Shown: in pieces, positions 29,334-39,739 of the stretch
How positions within the stretch are numbered: the stretch's first letter is position 1
Layout of the letters: each line of letters starts with the position of its first letter
Source of the DNA: Treponema sp. UBA3813
GTDB lineage: Bacteria; Spirochaetota; Spirochaetia; Treponematales; Treponemataceae
DNA: 64,000 nucleotides
Assembly: GCF_002368605.1 (NCBI RefSeq)
Contig: NZ_DFEB01000027.1
Strand: one strand, 5' to 3'
The notes under the pieces: model-generated
Database searches by the model: none
What the model saw: the letters and a program-made list of their open reading frames with translations, nothing else
What the model was told of the DNA's origin: nothing
Position numbers and translations under genes: made by a program

Positions 29334-29446
29334 TCCCCGAACAGGAATTCGGGGAGACAAAAAATCCCCGCATACACTGTTTACTTGTACACGGGGATTT
29401 CAAAAAAAGGAGGTTTCCCCCGCATGGCGAACCACTGGGGGGGAAA
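29334..29446 (-). terminator. Three tandem GC-rich hairpins downstream of the large pectinesterase gene
   Basis: Stems at 29414-29446 (UUCG loop), 29362-29400 (followed by a T run on minus) and 29334-29355. Confidence 0.7.
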
Positions 29447-29463
29447 TTAAACCAAAAATGAAA

Positions 29464-32400
29464 TTAGTAAACTCTCTTTATTGAGCCCCAATAACCATTA
29501 GAACCCATCGTCAGTTTTACAAATTTTCCAGAATAACCGTCAAGGGATACTGCATCAGTATTATAAGAAACTGAATATGTATAAGACTTATCACCGTTAT
29601 CAGTCATTTTAACATCAGTTCCATTAACTGCAATGCTGTATCCTGTTGTATATCCTGCAACGGTAATTGTACAATCCGCTGTAACAGGAACATATACAGC
29701 TGTACCTGTATTTACTTGAATCCAACCGCTACCATTGTGCTTAAATTTTCCAGATGTTGCATCCACATACAGACCATCATAAGAAGCTGCACTTCCTTCA
29801 ACTCCGAAAGAATCCGCAGAGACAGCTTCCTGACTCCAAATGTAATCCAAGCCTGCGGCAGACGGAAGAGCCGTCAAATCAAGACCTGTGACTACAATCG
29901 TACACGGATAAGCAGTACCTGTTGATACAATTTCAATCCATTTAGCACTTGTTGCGGTATAAGTTGAAGTTTTCTCAGTTGTACTTGCGGCAGTGCCGTC
30001 AATCGTATACAAGGCAGATTGAGCGCCGTCATTTGCAGTCACAGAAAGTACAGCACCACTTGTGACAGGAATGCTGATTTTAGTTCCAAAATTCATCTGA
30101 GCATGAGAACCATTTCCTTGCAATTTTCCCTTATCGCATGTCGCATCAACCGCAGCCCGAATCAGATAGTCGCTTGAACCTGTTACAGTCGCTTTGACAG
30201 TACCAAGAACTTTCTGAATATTTACCGTATTTGGAGTTAAATCCCATGTGACAGTCGCAGAAGAAGCATCAAAATTATCAACATACGGCGTAATCGTGCC
30301 TAAAGTAATCGCCCCATAGTCGCCGACCGTCACTTCAATCGTGGCTTCGTTCGTGCCGTCGCTTGCGGTAATTGTCGCAGTTCCTGCACCGACAGATGTG
30401 ATTTCAATACCTGAGGCCGTAACACTTGCTGTTGCTACAGAAGTATTGTTTGAACTGACCGAAGTTGCAATCAATCCGAGAGTGTCCTCATCATTAGAAA
30501 CAGTTTTTGTTTCAGAGACAAAATCCACTATGTCGCTTGAGAAATCATCGTTTGCATCAAGTTTTGTGACTGTAATAGTCTTAATATACGAACTGTTCTT
30601 GAGGGCTTTAAGAGCAATGTATCCCGCTTTTGTAGCCGTGTATGAAGCTACAGCTGATTTTGCATCACCAGAAATATCCGTCAATGCCTTTCCACCAAGC
30701 GTGAAATAGCTTGCCGCGTATGTATAATTCCAAACTTCAACGCTAACAATACTGCCTTCCGATACAGGAATCTGCATCATCGCCCCTGCATTCCATTGTC
30801 CATAACCAGAATTAATTTTGAACTGTCCACCTGACACAGAAGCCACAATTTCATTCGCAGCAGTAGAATTATCAATAGAATTCTTCGTGACACCTTTGAG
30901 ATAACCAGCCGTAATTTGATTAGATGAATAAGAATTACCATCAGCAGACTGTGTAACATTGTTGTTTACCCAATCCCAAGTTACATAAACAGTTTCATCA
31001 ACGACTTCCTCAAAGGTCGTAGTGAATTCTCCAGTCTTTGTGACGGTAATTGCGCTGATATATCGGTCTTTGGTTCCGCCGAGAACTACTTTGAGGTATT
31101 TTGTATTTGCCGCGACATTTCCACCAGTGCCTTTTGTTCCCATTGCAAGAGACAAATCATTTCCAACTACAAGGCCGTTGCTTCCACCTGCATAATCATA
31201 GGTATATGTAAGACCATCGCTACTTGCCGTGAAGCTGTTTGATGTTGAATCACCGATTCCGAAATAGAAGTCTCCAGAAACAGTTCCCGCCAAATCAATC
31301 TTAACCGTAGATGCGCCAGTTACAGGAATATAAAGGATTGTCTGACGAGCCTGAATTCGGTCATTTGCAGTTACCTGGAATTTTGATTTTTTATCAGATG
31401 TCGAGAGCGTCGTTCCGTCCACGGCGATATCTTCCCACATTCCGTTTGCGCCCTGAAAGTTGATTGTACCGTTTCCGTTACCGCCCCTGGCCCACGCTTC
31501 AGCAGCCGTATATGAAGTCACATTTTCTGTCGTTGAAACGCTTACAGTTCCGCTAGTTGCGCCTGTATACTCAGTAGATTTCGCTGTAATAGTGACATCA
31601 GAAAGCTCCGCCGCAGCCCAAATCTGAACGCTTGTTGTTTCCATGTCAACGGTAAGTTCTGAAGAGAATGTTTTTGAGTCAGAATCAAAGAATTTAAGGT
31701 TCTCGTCAGAAGAAGTGAGTTTGACAGTCTGCATTGTCGGTTCAGCAGGTGTAAATGAAACATTCAAATCCTGCATCGTGTATTTTGCCATTGTTGCACT
31801 CGGAACGCTCACATTAACGGCTTCCGCTTTAATGATTTCTGGAATCACAGAGACCACAAAAATATCCGAGCTTCCGTTGCTTCCCGTGACGGTGATTGTC
31901 GCAGTTCCTTTTTTCCCAACCTCAGCCGTAACAAGTCCGCCAGCAGTTACGCTAGCAATGTTAGAATCAGAAGACTCATAGCTATATGTTAGTCCACTTT
32001 CGTCAGAAGAAGCCGTAAGCTGAACAGTATTTCCGCCTACGAGATTTTTCTTATAAACAGGCTCAACATACACATTTGATTTTGAGGTATCTTCTGTTGC
32101 ATTGAATTCTTCTTCATACGCAGAAATATCCCAAATCTTTGAAACGGTCTTGTATGCGTTTGAGTCAACATCAAATCCACGGTTGAGAATTGCATAGCGA
32201 CCGTTGTATTCACGATTCACAACCCGTTCACTCATTGTATATGTATCATCTTTTCTGCCGCTAGTAGAAATTGAAGAGCCTGAAAAAAGCGTATTTCCGA
32301 AATCTTTGTATGCGATTGCGGCATCTCCTGCTTCATCAAATGTGTTATACTTTCCAGCAGAACCCCATAAAGCCGAGTTCGGAGAAAGCTCAAACTGACA

Positions 32401-33633
32401 ATTTATTACCGCAGCCTGAGAGTCATCCCCTGAATTTCGTCCATAATACGGTTTAATACCGCTGTCGATATAAACTTTGCTGTTCAAAAGAACATATCCT
32501 TTGTTTACTTTGTTATTATAAACTGTTCGTGAAGCAAAAATATATCCATTACTTGCCTTGTCATCATAAGTAATATGAAGTGTACATTCCTCAAACAAAG
32601 CGACATCAATATAGCCCCAAATGAAGTCAACATCACCTTCAATGAAATCTTTATAAAACCAAGCTCTTCCGCCCTTGTTTCCCATAATGAGAGTATCTTG
32701 ATGACCGAGGAAAGAAGAATCATAAGCTACAAGATTTGAAGTTGAGTCGAAATAAAGAACCTCTGTTGAGTCGTTGCTTGAAGAGCCGTCAACAGTTCGG
32801 AGATATGTTGATTTAAGCGTGAGATTTTTGATAGTAAGATTTCCACCTTCCCAAAGGAAGTTCGTGCGGAGTCTCGCGCCGCCGTTCCATGAGTCATTGT
32901 TTTTCCAATAAATAATCGCCTTATCGCCAAAGGCATTATCCCCACTGTCCTCAGGACCAGCCAAAGTGACATTTGCGTTTCCTTTGTAATAAAGACGCTC
33001 ATGATAAGAACCTTCCGCAACATTTATCGTCCAATCACCAGACTTTGAATTCTTCATCAAATAATTTAATGCGCCCTGAACAGTCGCGAAATCATCCTCC
33101 TCAGACGCTCCAACCGTAATCGAATTGCCAGAGATTGAAGGTTCGCTTTCACGCGTTTTAAAAGAAATCTCCTCATCAGCAGAATCATCAAAGTAAACTT
33201 TATAAGTAGTGTTGTATTCAAGTTGACCATAACCGTTTGAATCAAAGTGCGGTTTTACAACCACAACTCCGTCAACGAGCTGAATGAGCTGGTCTTTTAC
33301 ATTGATTTTACCGACTCCGCTTCCGTTTCCAGAATATAATTTTTCATCGCTCGCCTTGATTGTATCAACGAGACTTTCTTTATCATTTTCAACTTTATAA
33401 ACCGTTACAGTCGATGGCTTCGAAGATGTTGCAACAATAATATCTGTATCAGGGTTTACACCATCGGCAGTTGCCTCACCCACAGTGATAGATGCGCTTG
33501 AAATCGTAAGCGAGGATGCAGCACTTCCGCCGTCACTGCCACCACCCGCATCTGCGGCACATGACGCAAATCCGAAAAGCAATGAAAGAGCGCCGAATGC
33601 GAGAGTAAGTTTCTCCAAGACTGTTTTTTTCAT
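29464..33633 (-). CDS. Large multidomain pectin methylesterase (CE8) lipoprotein with Ig-like and repeated beta-sandwich modules
   Basis: Lipobox FASC; FATVQGALN, GSYHE, GHQDTL, EGDVDFIWG and YGR; Big_2-like modules (SSDSNIASVTAGG, SSNNTSVATASV). Confidence 0.88.
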   Translation of the reverse strand: MKKTVLEKLTLAFGALSLLFGFASCAADAGGGSDGGSAASSLTISSASITVGEATADGVNPDTDIIVATSSKPSTVTVYKVENDKESLVDTIKASDEKLYSGNGSGVGKINVKDQLIQLVDGVVVVKPHFDSNGYGQLEYNTTYKVYFDDSADEEISFKTRESEPSISGNSITVGASEEDDFATVQGALNYLMKNSKSGDWTINVAEGSYHERLYYKGNANVTLAGPEDSGDNAFGDKAIIYWKNNDSWNGGARLRTNFLWEGGNLTIKNLTLKSTYLRTVDGSSSNDSTEVLYFDSTSNLVAYDSSFLGHQDTLIMGNKGGRAWFYKDFIEGDVDFIWGYIDVALFEECTLHITYDDKASNGYIFASRTVYNNKVNKGYVLLNSKVYIDSGIKPYYGRNSGDDSQAAVINCQFELSPNSALWGSAGKYNTFDEAGDAAIAYKDFGNTLFSGSSISTSGRKDDTYTMSERVVNREYNGRYAILNRGFDVDSNAYKTVSKIWDISAYEEEFNATEDTSKSNVYVEPVYKKNLVGGNTVQLTASSDESGLTYSYESSDSNIASVTAGGLVTAEVGKKGTATITVTGSNGSSDIFVVSVIPEIIKAEAVNVSVPSATMAKYTMQDLNVSFTPAEPTMQTVKLTSSDENLKFFDSDSKTFSSELTVDMETTSVQIWAAAELSDVTITAKSTEYTGATSGTVSVSTTENVTSYTAAEAWARGGNGNGTINFQGANGMWEDIAVDGTTLSTSDKKSKFQVTANDRIQARQTILYIPVTGASTVKIDLAGTVSGDFYFGIGDSTSNSFTASSDGLTYTYDYAGGSNGLVVGNDLSLAMGTKGTGGNVAANTKYLKVVLGGTKDRYISAITVTKTGEFTTTFEEVVDETVYVTWDWVNNNVTQSADGNSYSSNQITAGYLKGVTKNSIDNSTAANEIVASVSGGQFKINSGYGQWNAGAMMQIPVSEGSIVSVEVWNYTYAASYFTLGGKALTDISGDAKSAVASYTATKAGYIALKALKNSSYIKTITVTKLDANDDFSSDIVDFVSETKTVSNDEDTLGLIATSVSSNNTSVATASVTASGIEITSVGAGTATITASDGTNEATIEVTVGDYGAITLGTITPYVDNFDASSATVTWDLTPNTVNIQKVLGTVKATVTGSSDYLIRAAVDATCDKGKLQGNGSHAQMNFGTKISIPVTSGAVLSVTANDGAQSALYTIDGTAASTTEKTSTYTATSAKWIEIVSTGTAYPCTIVVTGLDLTALPSAAGLDYIWSQEAVSADSFGVEGSAASYDGLYVDATSGKFKHNGSGWIQVNTGTAVYVPVTADCTITVAGYTTGYSIAVNGTDVKMTDNGDKSYTYSVSYNTDAVSLDGYSGKFVKLTMGSNGYWGSIKRVY

Positions 33634-34081
33634 ATTTTTCCCCTTTTTTGTAATATGACGAACTTTTCAGTTCCCTACTTTTTGCTAGTGTGAGAATAAT
33701 AGAGATTTTCACTTGTGTATCTCGAAATTTTCATAAATTTTATACAAGTTTTGTGCAAAATTTTGCTAATTTTGAACAAAAGCGTATTTATAGCAGTAGA
33801 ATTATAAAATATTTTCAAGTTTTTTATAAAATATAATCATTTTTTTCGCAAAATCTAAGAAATCTCCAATTTTTTATTTCTAAGTAAAATCTAATGATTA
33901 TATTTTGTAATAATATTTAATATTTAAGCATATTTTATATATCTGTCAGACGGAATTATTGGCAGGTTTAATGTATAAAATATTTGCATTTTTAGCTTAT
34001 ATTTTAACTTTTTTCGATTTTTCGTCTTTTTTTCAAAATTTTTATATAAAAAATAATCATTTCGTGTTATAATATGAATGT

Positions 34082-36274
34082 ATGAATCACGACATTTCCA
34101 AAAGACGCTCATTTCTGACTTCTCAAAAGGCCCGCGGGCACAGAATCACAATAGGTTTTGCAGGAATTGCAGATTTCCGTTCTTTTATCGGCCAGGAATA
34201 CATAGCCGGAATGCAAAAAGCCGCCTCTGACTACGACTTAAATTTCATCAACTTTGCAGGCGCAATCAAATATTCCTTTTTTGACGACATAGATTTTATC
34301 TCTCACTACCTCAAGACCTTCAAATTCATGAAAGCACCGCTCATCGACGGCCTTGTAATCTGGGGGTCTTCACTCTGCGAATTTCTCGATAACGATTCTG
34401 TTGTTTCCACTTTCTCTGCCCTCAATCCGCTCCCCATGGTAGATATCGGCTACCTCGACATTCCGGGAGTTCCGTCAATCCGCATCGACAATTCCTATTC
34501 AATTTCAGTCATAATGACCCACCTGATTCAGGAACACTCTTACTCAAAATTCGCATTCATCGGTTGTGAAACTTCGACTCCACAGCTCACGCGTCTCAAA
34601 TGTTACCACGAGCAGCTTAATATATTTGGCATCGACGAAATAAAAAACTCCGTGATTCTTACGCCAAGCATGTCTGATGTCGATATTGCCATCGCCGTTG
34701 AAAAACTTATCTCCTACCACGACTTGCACGACAAACAGGAAATCGAGTGCATCGTCACTCCAAGTGACATGATTGCCGCCGCAGTCATCGAAGAGCTGGA
34801 CAAACACGGAATTTCAGTACCCATAGATGTCGCCGTCACAGGTTTTAATAATCAGTACAATGGTCTTTTCGCCCGCTCGCCTGTCACCACAATCGATCTT
34901 GCATATTTTAAGCGCGGTTATGCTTCTGTAGAGCTTTTAATCGACAGAATCATGTCCCCTCAAGATGTTTTTGAAACAAGAATGGTTCACACTTCGCTTT
35001 TGGTTCGCCAATCATGCGGCTGTTTTGAGAAAAGCGTCGTTCAGGCGGCAGAGGACAGTTCCCGCCAGGAGGATTTTTCGGTCGAGCGGTCATCAGAGGG
35101 AGATGTACGCACTTCACTTTTCCAAAAGGTAAGGTTTATTTTCCCCCATCAGGACGAAACTTCCATTGAGCGGCTTGTAAACTCTGTCTTCGATGATATT
35201 TATGAACAAAAGACTCCCAGCAAAATGCTCCGCTGGTTTCAGAATTTGCTCCAAAACACACGGAAAGATTCCTCTATCGTTAACAGTGAATTCCAGCAAA
35301 GCATCACTTCTTTGCGAAAACTGATTCTTCCCCTTGTCCGTGACGACATAAAGCAATATGTCCACATGGAGGATGTTTTTCACCAGCTCCGGGCATTGGT
35401 TTCTATTTTCATTGAATATGACTCCATGGCTTCCCGCGAAGACACTTACTTAATGAACAATCTCTCTCAAATCGCAATTAACTTTGCCTCTGCCACCAGC
35501 GGAAAGCAAATTCAAGATGTTTTGCGTTATCAGCTTAGTGAAATGGGTATTCCTGGAATCGTACTTGCCTTGAGCGAAAACATGACGAGCGATATCGCCA
35601 CCGCAAACCTTGAGCTGATTCTTCCTGAGCCTCCTGCCGACATTCAGGAAAAGCTGCCTTACAGGATTACCGAGCCGACACGAATTCCCAAGATATTCTT
35701 CCCCCGGACGCGCAGATTTTCCGTTATCGTGGAGATTTTACATTACAGTGACAAATATTTCGGATACGCATTCCTTGAGGTAGGAAATCCAAATATCTCT
35801 ATTTACGATACAGTCCGCACTCTTTTGAGCAATGCCTTGAATTCGGTTTATATCCGGGAGGGAAGAACAAAAGAACGGACGGCACTCTTGAGCAACGAGC
35901 AAGTCGAAGGAATTTTGAGCACTTCGTCACGGGAACAGGAAGAATTCCGCGGTTCTATCAAAGCAAGTCAGATTACCAATTATCTGATGGAGCACCTGAA
36001 CGAAATGACGGATTTGGACAGGATGGCCAGCGACCTTTCCGTCAGCAAAAGCCATCTTGTAAGGCGGGCAAAGGAACTCACGGGATTTACGATTCAAACC
36101 CTTCACGAAAAGCTTAAAATCGAGCAGGCAAAAAATTTACTGCAAGTCGAGTCGCTAAAACTCGGAGAAATCGCAAATCGTCTGGGCTTTCAGAATCAGA
36201 ATTATTTTTCCAGCGTTTTCAAGAAGAATACGGGCATGTCTCCGCGGGCTTGGGCAAAACGAAACCTGCGCTAA
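34082..36274 (+). CDS. One-component regulator: LacI-type sugar-binding domain plus C-terminal AraC HTH
   Basis: SIRIDN, ISVPIDVAVTGFN, PVTTID, RQSCGC; C-terminal EIANRLGFQNQNYFSSVFKKNTGMSP. Divergent from the pectinesterases. Confidence 0.9.
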   Translation: MNHDISKRRSFLTSQKARGHRITIGFAGIADFRSFIGQEYIAGMQKAASDYDLNFINFAGAIKYSFFDDIDFISHYLKTFKFMKAPLIDGLVIWGSSLCEFLDNDSVVSTFSALNPLPMVDIGYLDIPGVPSIRIDNSYSISVIMTHLIQEHSYSKFAFIGCETSTPQLTRLKCYHEQLNIFGIDEIKNSVILTPSMSDVDIAIAVEKLISYHDLHDKQEIECIVTPSDMIAAAVIEELDKHGISVPIDVAVTGFNNQYNGLFARSPVTTIDLAYFKRGYASVELLIDRIMSPQDVFETRMVHTSLLVRQSCGCFEKSVVQAAEDSSRQEDFSVERSSEGDVRTSLFQKVRFIFPHQDETSIERLVNSVFDDIYEQKTPSKMLRWFQNLLQNTRKDSSIVNSEFQQSITSLRKLILPLVRDDIKQYVHMEDVFHQLRALVSIFIEYDSMASREDTYLMNNLSQIAINFASATSGKQIQDVLRYQLSEMGIPGIVLALSENMTSDIATANLELILPEPPADIQEKLPYRITEPTRIPKIFFPRTRRFSVIVEILHYSDKYFGYAFLEVGNPNISIYDTVRTLLSNALNSVYIREGRTKERTALLSNEQVEGILSTSSREQEEFRGSIKASQITNYLMEHLNEMTDLDRMASDLSVSKSHLVRRAKELTGFTIQTLHEKLKIEQAKNLLQVESLKLGEIANRLGFQNQNYFSSVFKKNTGMSPRAWAKRNLR

Positions 36275-36332
36275 TTCCTGCCAATTCTTGCTGATTGAAT
36301 AAACGCTTACAATATTCTAAAATATCCTCTGT

Positions 36333-36854
36333 ATGAACGATTTAATAAAAGATTTTATAGAAAAAAATGTAATAGATTCGTTAAAGACCCTGCTTGCATC
36401 GTCTGATTCCGGGGAAATTCAAAAAGCGGCTTCTGTCGTGGCTTCTCAGTTCGGCTCTGGCTTCGATATTTCTTCTGGCGAAAGCGTCAAAAAACTCATT
36501 ACTTCTTTCAAAAAGAACCTCACCCTGCTCATTCAGAAAACCTGGGTTGACAGCGCGGATGTTTCCCTCAAAGAAGAAATTCTGGTCAAACTCGACAAAT
36601 ACTGCGCTTCCGTTGAGGCCGGCAATTGGTCAGAAGTTTATGCTTCTTTCACGGCAATCGTAAACGATGTGATTTACCTTATGTTCGGCGAAATGGCAAA
36701 AAGCGAGGATTTCAGCGAGTATGCCCTTCGCATTGACCCGGAATTCGGCATTTTCTGGTGGTATGTCAACAATCTGCCTGCCACAAACGATTGGCCAAAC
36801 GAAAAGAACAAGGCTGTCATGTTAATTGCCATGTTCTTCCTCGCAAATTACTAA
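36333..36854 (+). CDS. Conserved hypothetical helical protein
   Basis: 173-aa ORF with a YALRIDPEFGIFWWY motif, 4 bp before proA. Confidence 0.75.
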   Translation: MNDLIKDFIEKNVIDSLKTLLASSDSGEIQKAASVVASQFGSGFDISSGESVKKLITSFKKNLTLLIQKTWVDSADVSLKEEILVKLDKYCASVEAGNWSEVYASFTAIVNDVIYLMFGEMAKSEDFSEYALRIDPEFGIFWWYVNNLPATNDWPNEKNKAVMLIAMFFLANY

Positions 36855-36858
36855 GCCT

Positions 36859-38136
36859 ATGAATATCAACGAAATATGTGACAGTCTCCGCGCCGGAAGC
36901 GATACTCTTGCCCTCCAGACGGCGGCTCAGAAAAATGTCGCTTTGGAGGCGGTTATTTCTTCAATCGAAAAAAACCGTCCTGCAATTCTTGCGGCAAACG
37001 CTGAAGATGTAGCCATGGCCCGCTCAAAAGGCACCAGCGAGGCCCTTGTTGACCGACTTTCCCTTAATGACAAAAGAATCGACGGTCTTATCGACTCAAT
37101 CAAAATAATCATTTCCCAGACAGACCCCATCGGCGAAGAAACTGCCGGCTGGAAGACGCCCAAGGGCATGTCAATCCGACAGGTTCGCGTTCCCCTGGGA
37201 GTCGTTGCCATTATTTACGAGAGCCGCCCCAATGTCACAGTTGATGCATTCGCCCTCGCCTACAAAAGCGGCAACGCGATTCTTCTCCGAGGCTCTTCAA
37301 GCGCATTAAAATCAAACAAGGCAATCGTGGCCGCAATCAAGGAAGGTCTTTCTTCCGAGGCTGCTCAGGGATTCGGAGTTCCAGGCGCGATTGAGCTTGC
37401 CCCCTGCGAAAGTCACGAGGAAGTCGAAGAAATTCTTACCGCCGTTGGCAAAATCGATGTGGCTCTTCCCAGGGGTAGCGCAAAACTGATTAACATGGTC
37501 GTTCAGACGGCAAAAGTTCCCGTAATTGAGACTGGGGCCGGAGTCTGCCACCTTTATGTGGATGAAAGCGGCGACCTTGAAATGGCCGAAAATATCGCAT
37601 GGAACGCAAAAACCCAGCGTCCGGGAGTCTGCAACGCCATTGAGTGCATTCTGGTTCACGAAAAAGTCGCGGAAAAATTCCTGCCCCGTCTGGCAAAAAG
37701 ATTTGCCGGCAAAGTGGAAATTCGCGCGGACGAAAAAGCCTTTGAAATCTTGAAAAATAAATCTCTTGAATCTGTGGACTGTAAAATCATTCCAGCCCAA
37801 GATTCTGACTTCGGTTTTGAATTCCTTGATTTAATCTGTGCGGTAAAAGTCGTGAGCGATGTAAACGAAGCGATTTCTTACATCAACAGCCACAACACCA
37901 AGCACTCAGAAAGCATCATCACTGAAAGCCGGGAAAATGCCCGACTCTTCCAGGCAAAAATCGACGCGGCTTGTGTCTATGTAAACTGCTCGACCCGCTT
38001 CACTGACGGCGGCGAATTCGGCTTCGGCGCGGAGCTGGGCATCTCAACGCAAAAACTCCACGCCCGCGGTCCAATGGGAATCAAGGCGCTCACCACAACA
38101 AAATATCTGATTGACGGCGATGGCCAGGTAAGGTAA
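36859..38136 (+). CDS. proA: Gamma-glutamyl phosphate reductase
   Basis: VPLGVVAIIYESRPNVT, GVCNAIE and STRFTDGGEFGFGAELGISTQKLHARGPMG; start set at ATG 36859. Confidence 0.96.
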   Translation: MNINEICDSLRAGSDTLALQTAAQKNVALEAVISSIEKNRPAILAANAEDVAMARSKGTSEALVDRLSLNDKRIDGLIDSIKIIISQTDPIGEETAGWKTPKGMSIRQVRVPLGVVAIIYESRPNVTVDAFALAYKSGNAILLRGSSSALKSNKAIVAAIKEGLSSEAAQGFGVPGAIELAPCESHEEVEEILTAVGKIDVALPRGSAKLINMVVQTAKVPVIETGAGVCHLYVDESGDLEMAENIAWNAKTQRPGVCNAIECILVHEKVAEKFLPRLAKRFAGKVEIRADEKAFEILKNKSLESVDCKIIPAQDSDFGFEFLDLICAVKVVSDVNEAISYINSHNTKHSESIITESRENARLFQAKIDAACVYVNCSTRFTDGGEFGFGAELGISTQKLHARGPMGIKALTTTKYLIDGDGQVR

Positions 38137-38140
38137 GACT

Positions 38141-38935
38141 ATGACAATCTCTCAGGCGATGAATGAATCGCGCAAAATCGTAATCAAAATCGGCTCAAAC
38201 ACCCTCGCAAAAGCGGACGGCACCCAGAACACCGAATTCATGGCTTCATTTGCCCGCCAGTGCAAAAATCTCATCGCAAAAGGCAAGCAAATCGTGGTCG
38301 TTTCTTCCGGGGCACAGGTTTCCGGGGTCTCAACCCTCAAGGAATGGGCGCGCAAAAAGGATGTTCACTTCCGACAGGCACTTTGCGCAATCGGTCAGGT
38401 GGAGCTTATGGCTCAGTGGCGGAAGGCTTTCGCCGAGCAGGATCTTCACATTGGCCAGCTTTTGTTTACCAAAGAAGATTTTGAGGACAATCACCGCTCC
38501 CTCAATATCCGCAACACGCTTTTCACTTTGGTTGATGAGGGAGTGGTCCCAATCATCAACGAAAACGACTCTGTTTCCACAGATGAATTTGCCATCGGCG
38601 ACAACGACAATCTTTCCGCAATCACGGCCATTCTCTGGAGCGCGGATTTGCTGGTTCTTTTCAGCGACATTGAGGGAATCTTCACGGATAATCCCAAAAC
38701 GAACCCAAAAGCCCAGCTGATTGAGCAGGTCTCATCAATCGAAGACTTACGCAAACAAATAACAATCGGCGAGACAAACGCCTTCGGAACCGGCGGAATC
38801 GAAACAAAAATTCAGGCCGCCAGCAAAAGCACAAAATACGGCATTCCAATGATTCTTGCCAACGGCGGAGAGTCCGACATCTTGGACAAACTGGCCGACG
38901 GCAGCGCAAGGGGAACGCTTTTTTTGGCAGAGTAA
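38141..38935 (+). CDS. proB: Glutamate 5-kinase (short form, no PUA domain)
   Basis: IVIKIGSN, VSSGA, PIINENDSV, GDNDNLSA and FGTGGIETK. Confidence 0.95.
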   Translation: MTISQAMNESRKIVIKIGSNTLAKADGTQNTEFMASFARQCKNLIAKGKQIVVVSSGAQVSGVSTLKEWARKKDVHFRQALCAIGQVELMAQWRKAFAEQDLHIGQLLFTKEDFEDNHRSLNIRNTLFTLVDEGVVPIINENDSVSTDEFAIGDNDNLSAITAILWSADLLVLFSDIEGIFTDNPKTNPKAQLIEQVSSIEDLRKQITIGETNAFGTGGIETKIQAASKSTKYGIPMILANGGESDILDKLADGSARGTLFLAE

Positions 38936-38950
38936 TTTAAGGAGTTAATT

Positions 38951-39739
38951 ATGACAATTTCTTGTATTGGAACTGGCGCAATGGGCGGCGCAATCATGCG
39001 GGCCGTTTGCAAAAAATTTGATGTTTCACAAATCAAAGTGACCGACAAAAACAGCGAAATGGGCAAAAAATTCGCCTCAGAAAACGGCTGCTCTTTCGTT
39101 GCCTCGAACAAAGAAGTTCTCTCTTCAAAATATATTTTCCTGGCCGTAAAGCCTCAGTTTTTGGGCGATGTCTTTGACGAAATCAAAAATGACATCAGTT
39201 CCGACTCAGTGATTATCTCAATGGCGGCTGGCGTAAAATTGGAAAAATTGCAGAATTTCGCCCCGAAAGCCAGATTCGTTCGCATGATGCCCAATGTCTG
39301 CGCTCAGATTGGCGAGGCTATGACCGCCGTTACAAAGAGTGAATCGGTTTCAAGCGAAGAATTTGAAGCTGTAAAAGAGATTCTCTCGGCGGCAGGAAAG
39401 GTCGAAGTCGTGCCGGAAAAACTCATGGATTGCGTTACGGCTGTAAGCGGATCGGGCCCGGCTTTCGTCTTCATGTTCATTGAAGCCCTGGCTGATGCCG
39501 CCGTGCGCTGCGGAATGCCCCGCTCTCAGGCTTACACCTACGCCGCCCAGACAGTTTACGGCTCAGCGGGAATGGTCTTGCAGAGCGGAAGCCACCCGGC
39601 TGTGCTTAAAGACATGGTCTGCTCGCCGGCTGGAACTACGATTGAAAGCGTCGCAGCCCTTGAAAAAAACAATTTCCGAAATGCAGTGATTGAGGCAGTC
39701 ACAGCAGCCTGTGACCGCTCAATCGCTCTGGGAAAATAA
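38951..39739 (+). CDS. proC: Pyrroline-5-carboxylate reductase
   Basis: IGTGAMG, LAVKPQ, RMMPN, TAVSGSGPA and VCSPAGTTI. Confidence 0.96.
   Translation: MTISCIGTGAMGGAIMRAVCKKFDVSQIKVTDKNSEMGKKFASENGCSFVASNKEVLSSKYIFLAVKPQFLGDVFDEIKNDISSDSVIISMAAGVKLEKLQNFAPKARFVRMMPNVCAQIGEAMTAVTKSESVSSEEFEAVKEILSAAGKVEVVPEKLMDCVTAVSGSGPAFVFMFIEALADAAVRCGMPRSQAYTYAAQTVYGSAGMVLQSGSHPAVLKDMVCSPAGTTIESVAALEKNNFRNAVIEAVTAACDRSIALGK

Noticed and set aside
29036-29403. Track ORFs 29036-29260 and 29203-29403 on the minus strand
   Set aside because: They run through promoters and hairpins; the region is better explained by the plus-strand peptide and an antisense RNA.
33720-33790. AATTTT(A/G)(T/A)ACAA direct repeats as AraC binding sites
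   Set aside because: Plausible, but the region is too AT-rich to separate them from chance by eye.
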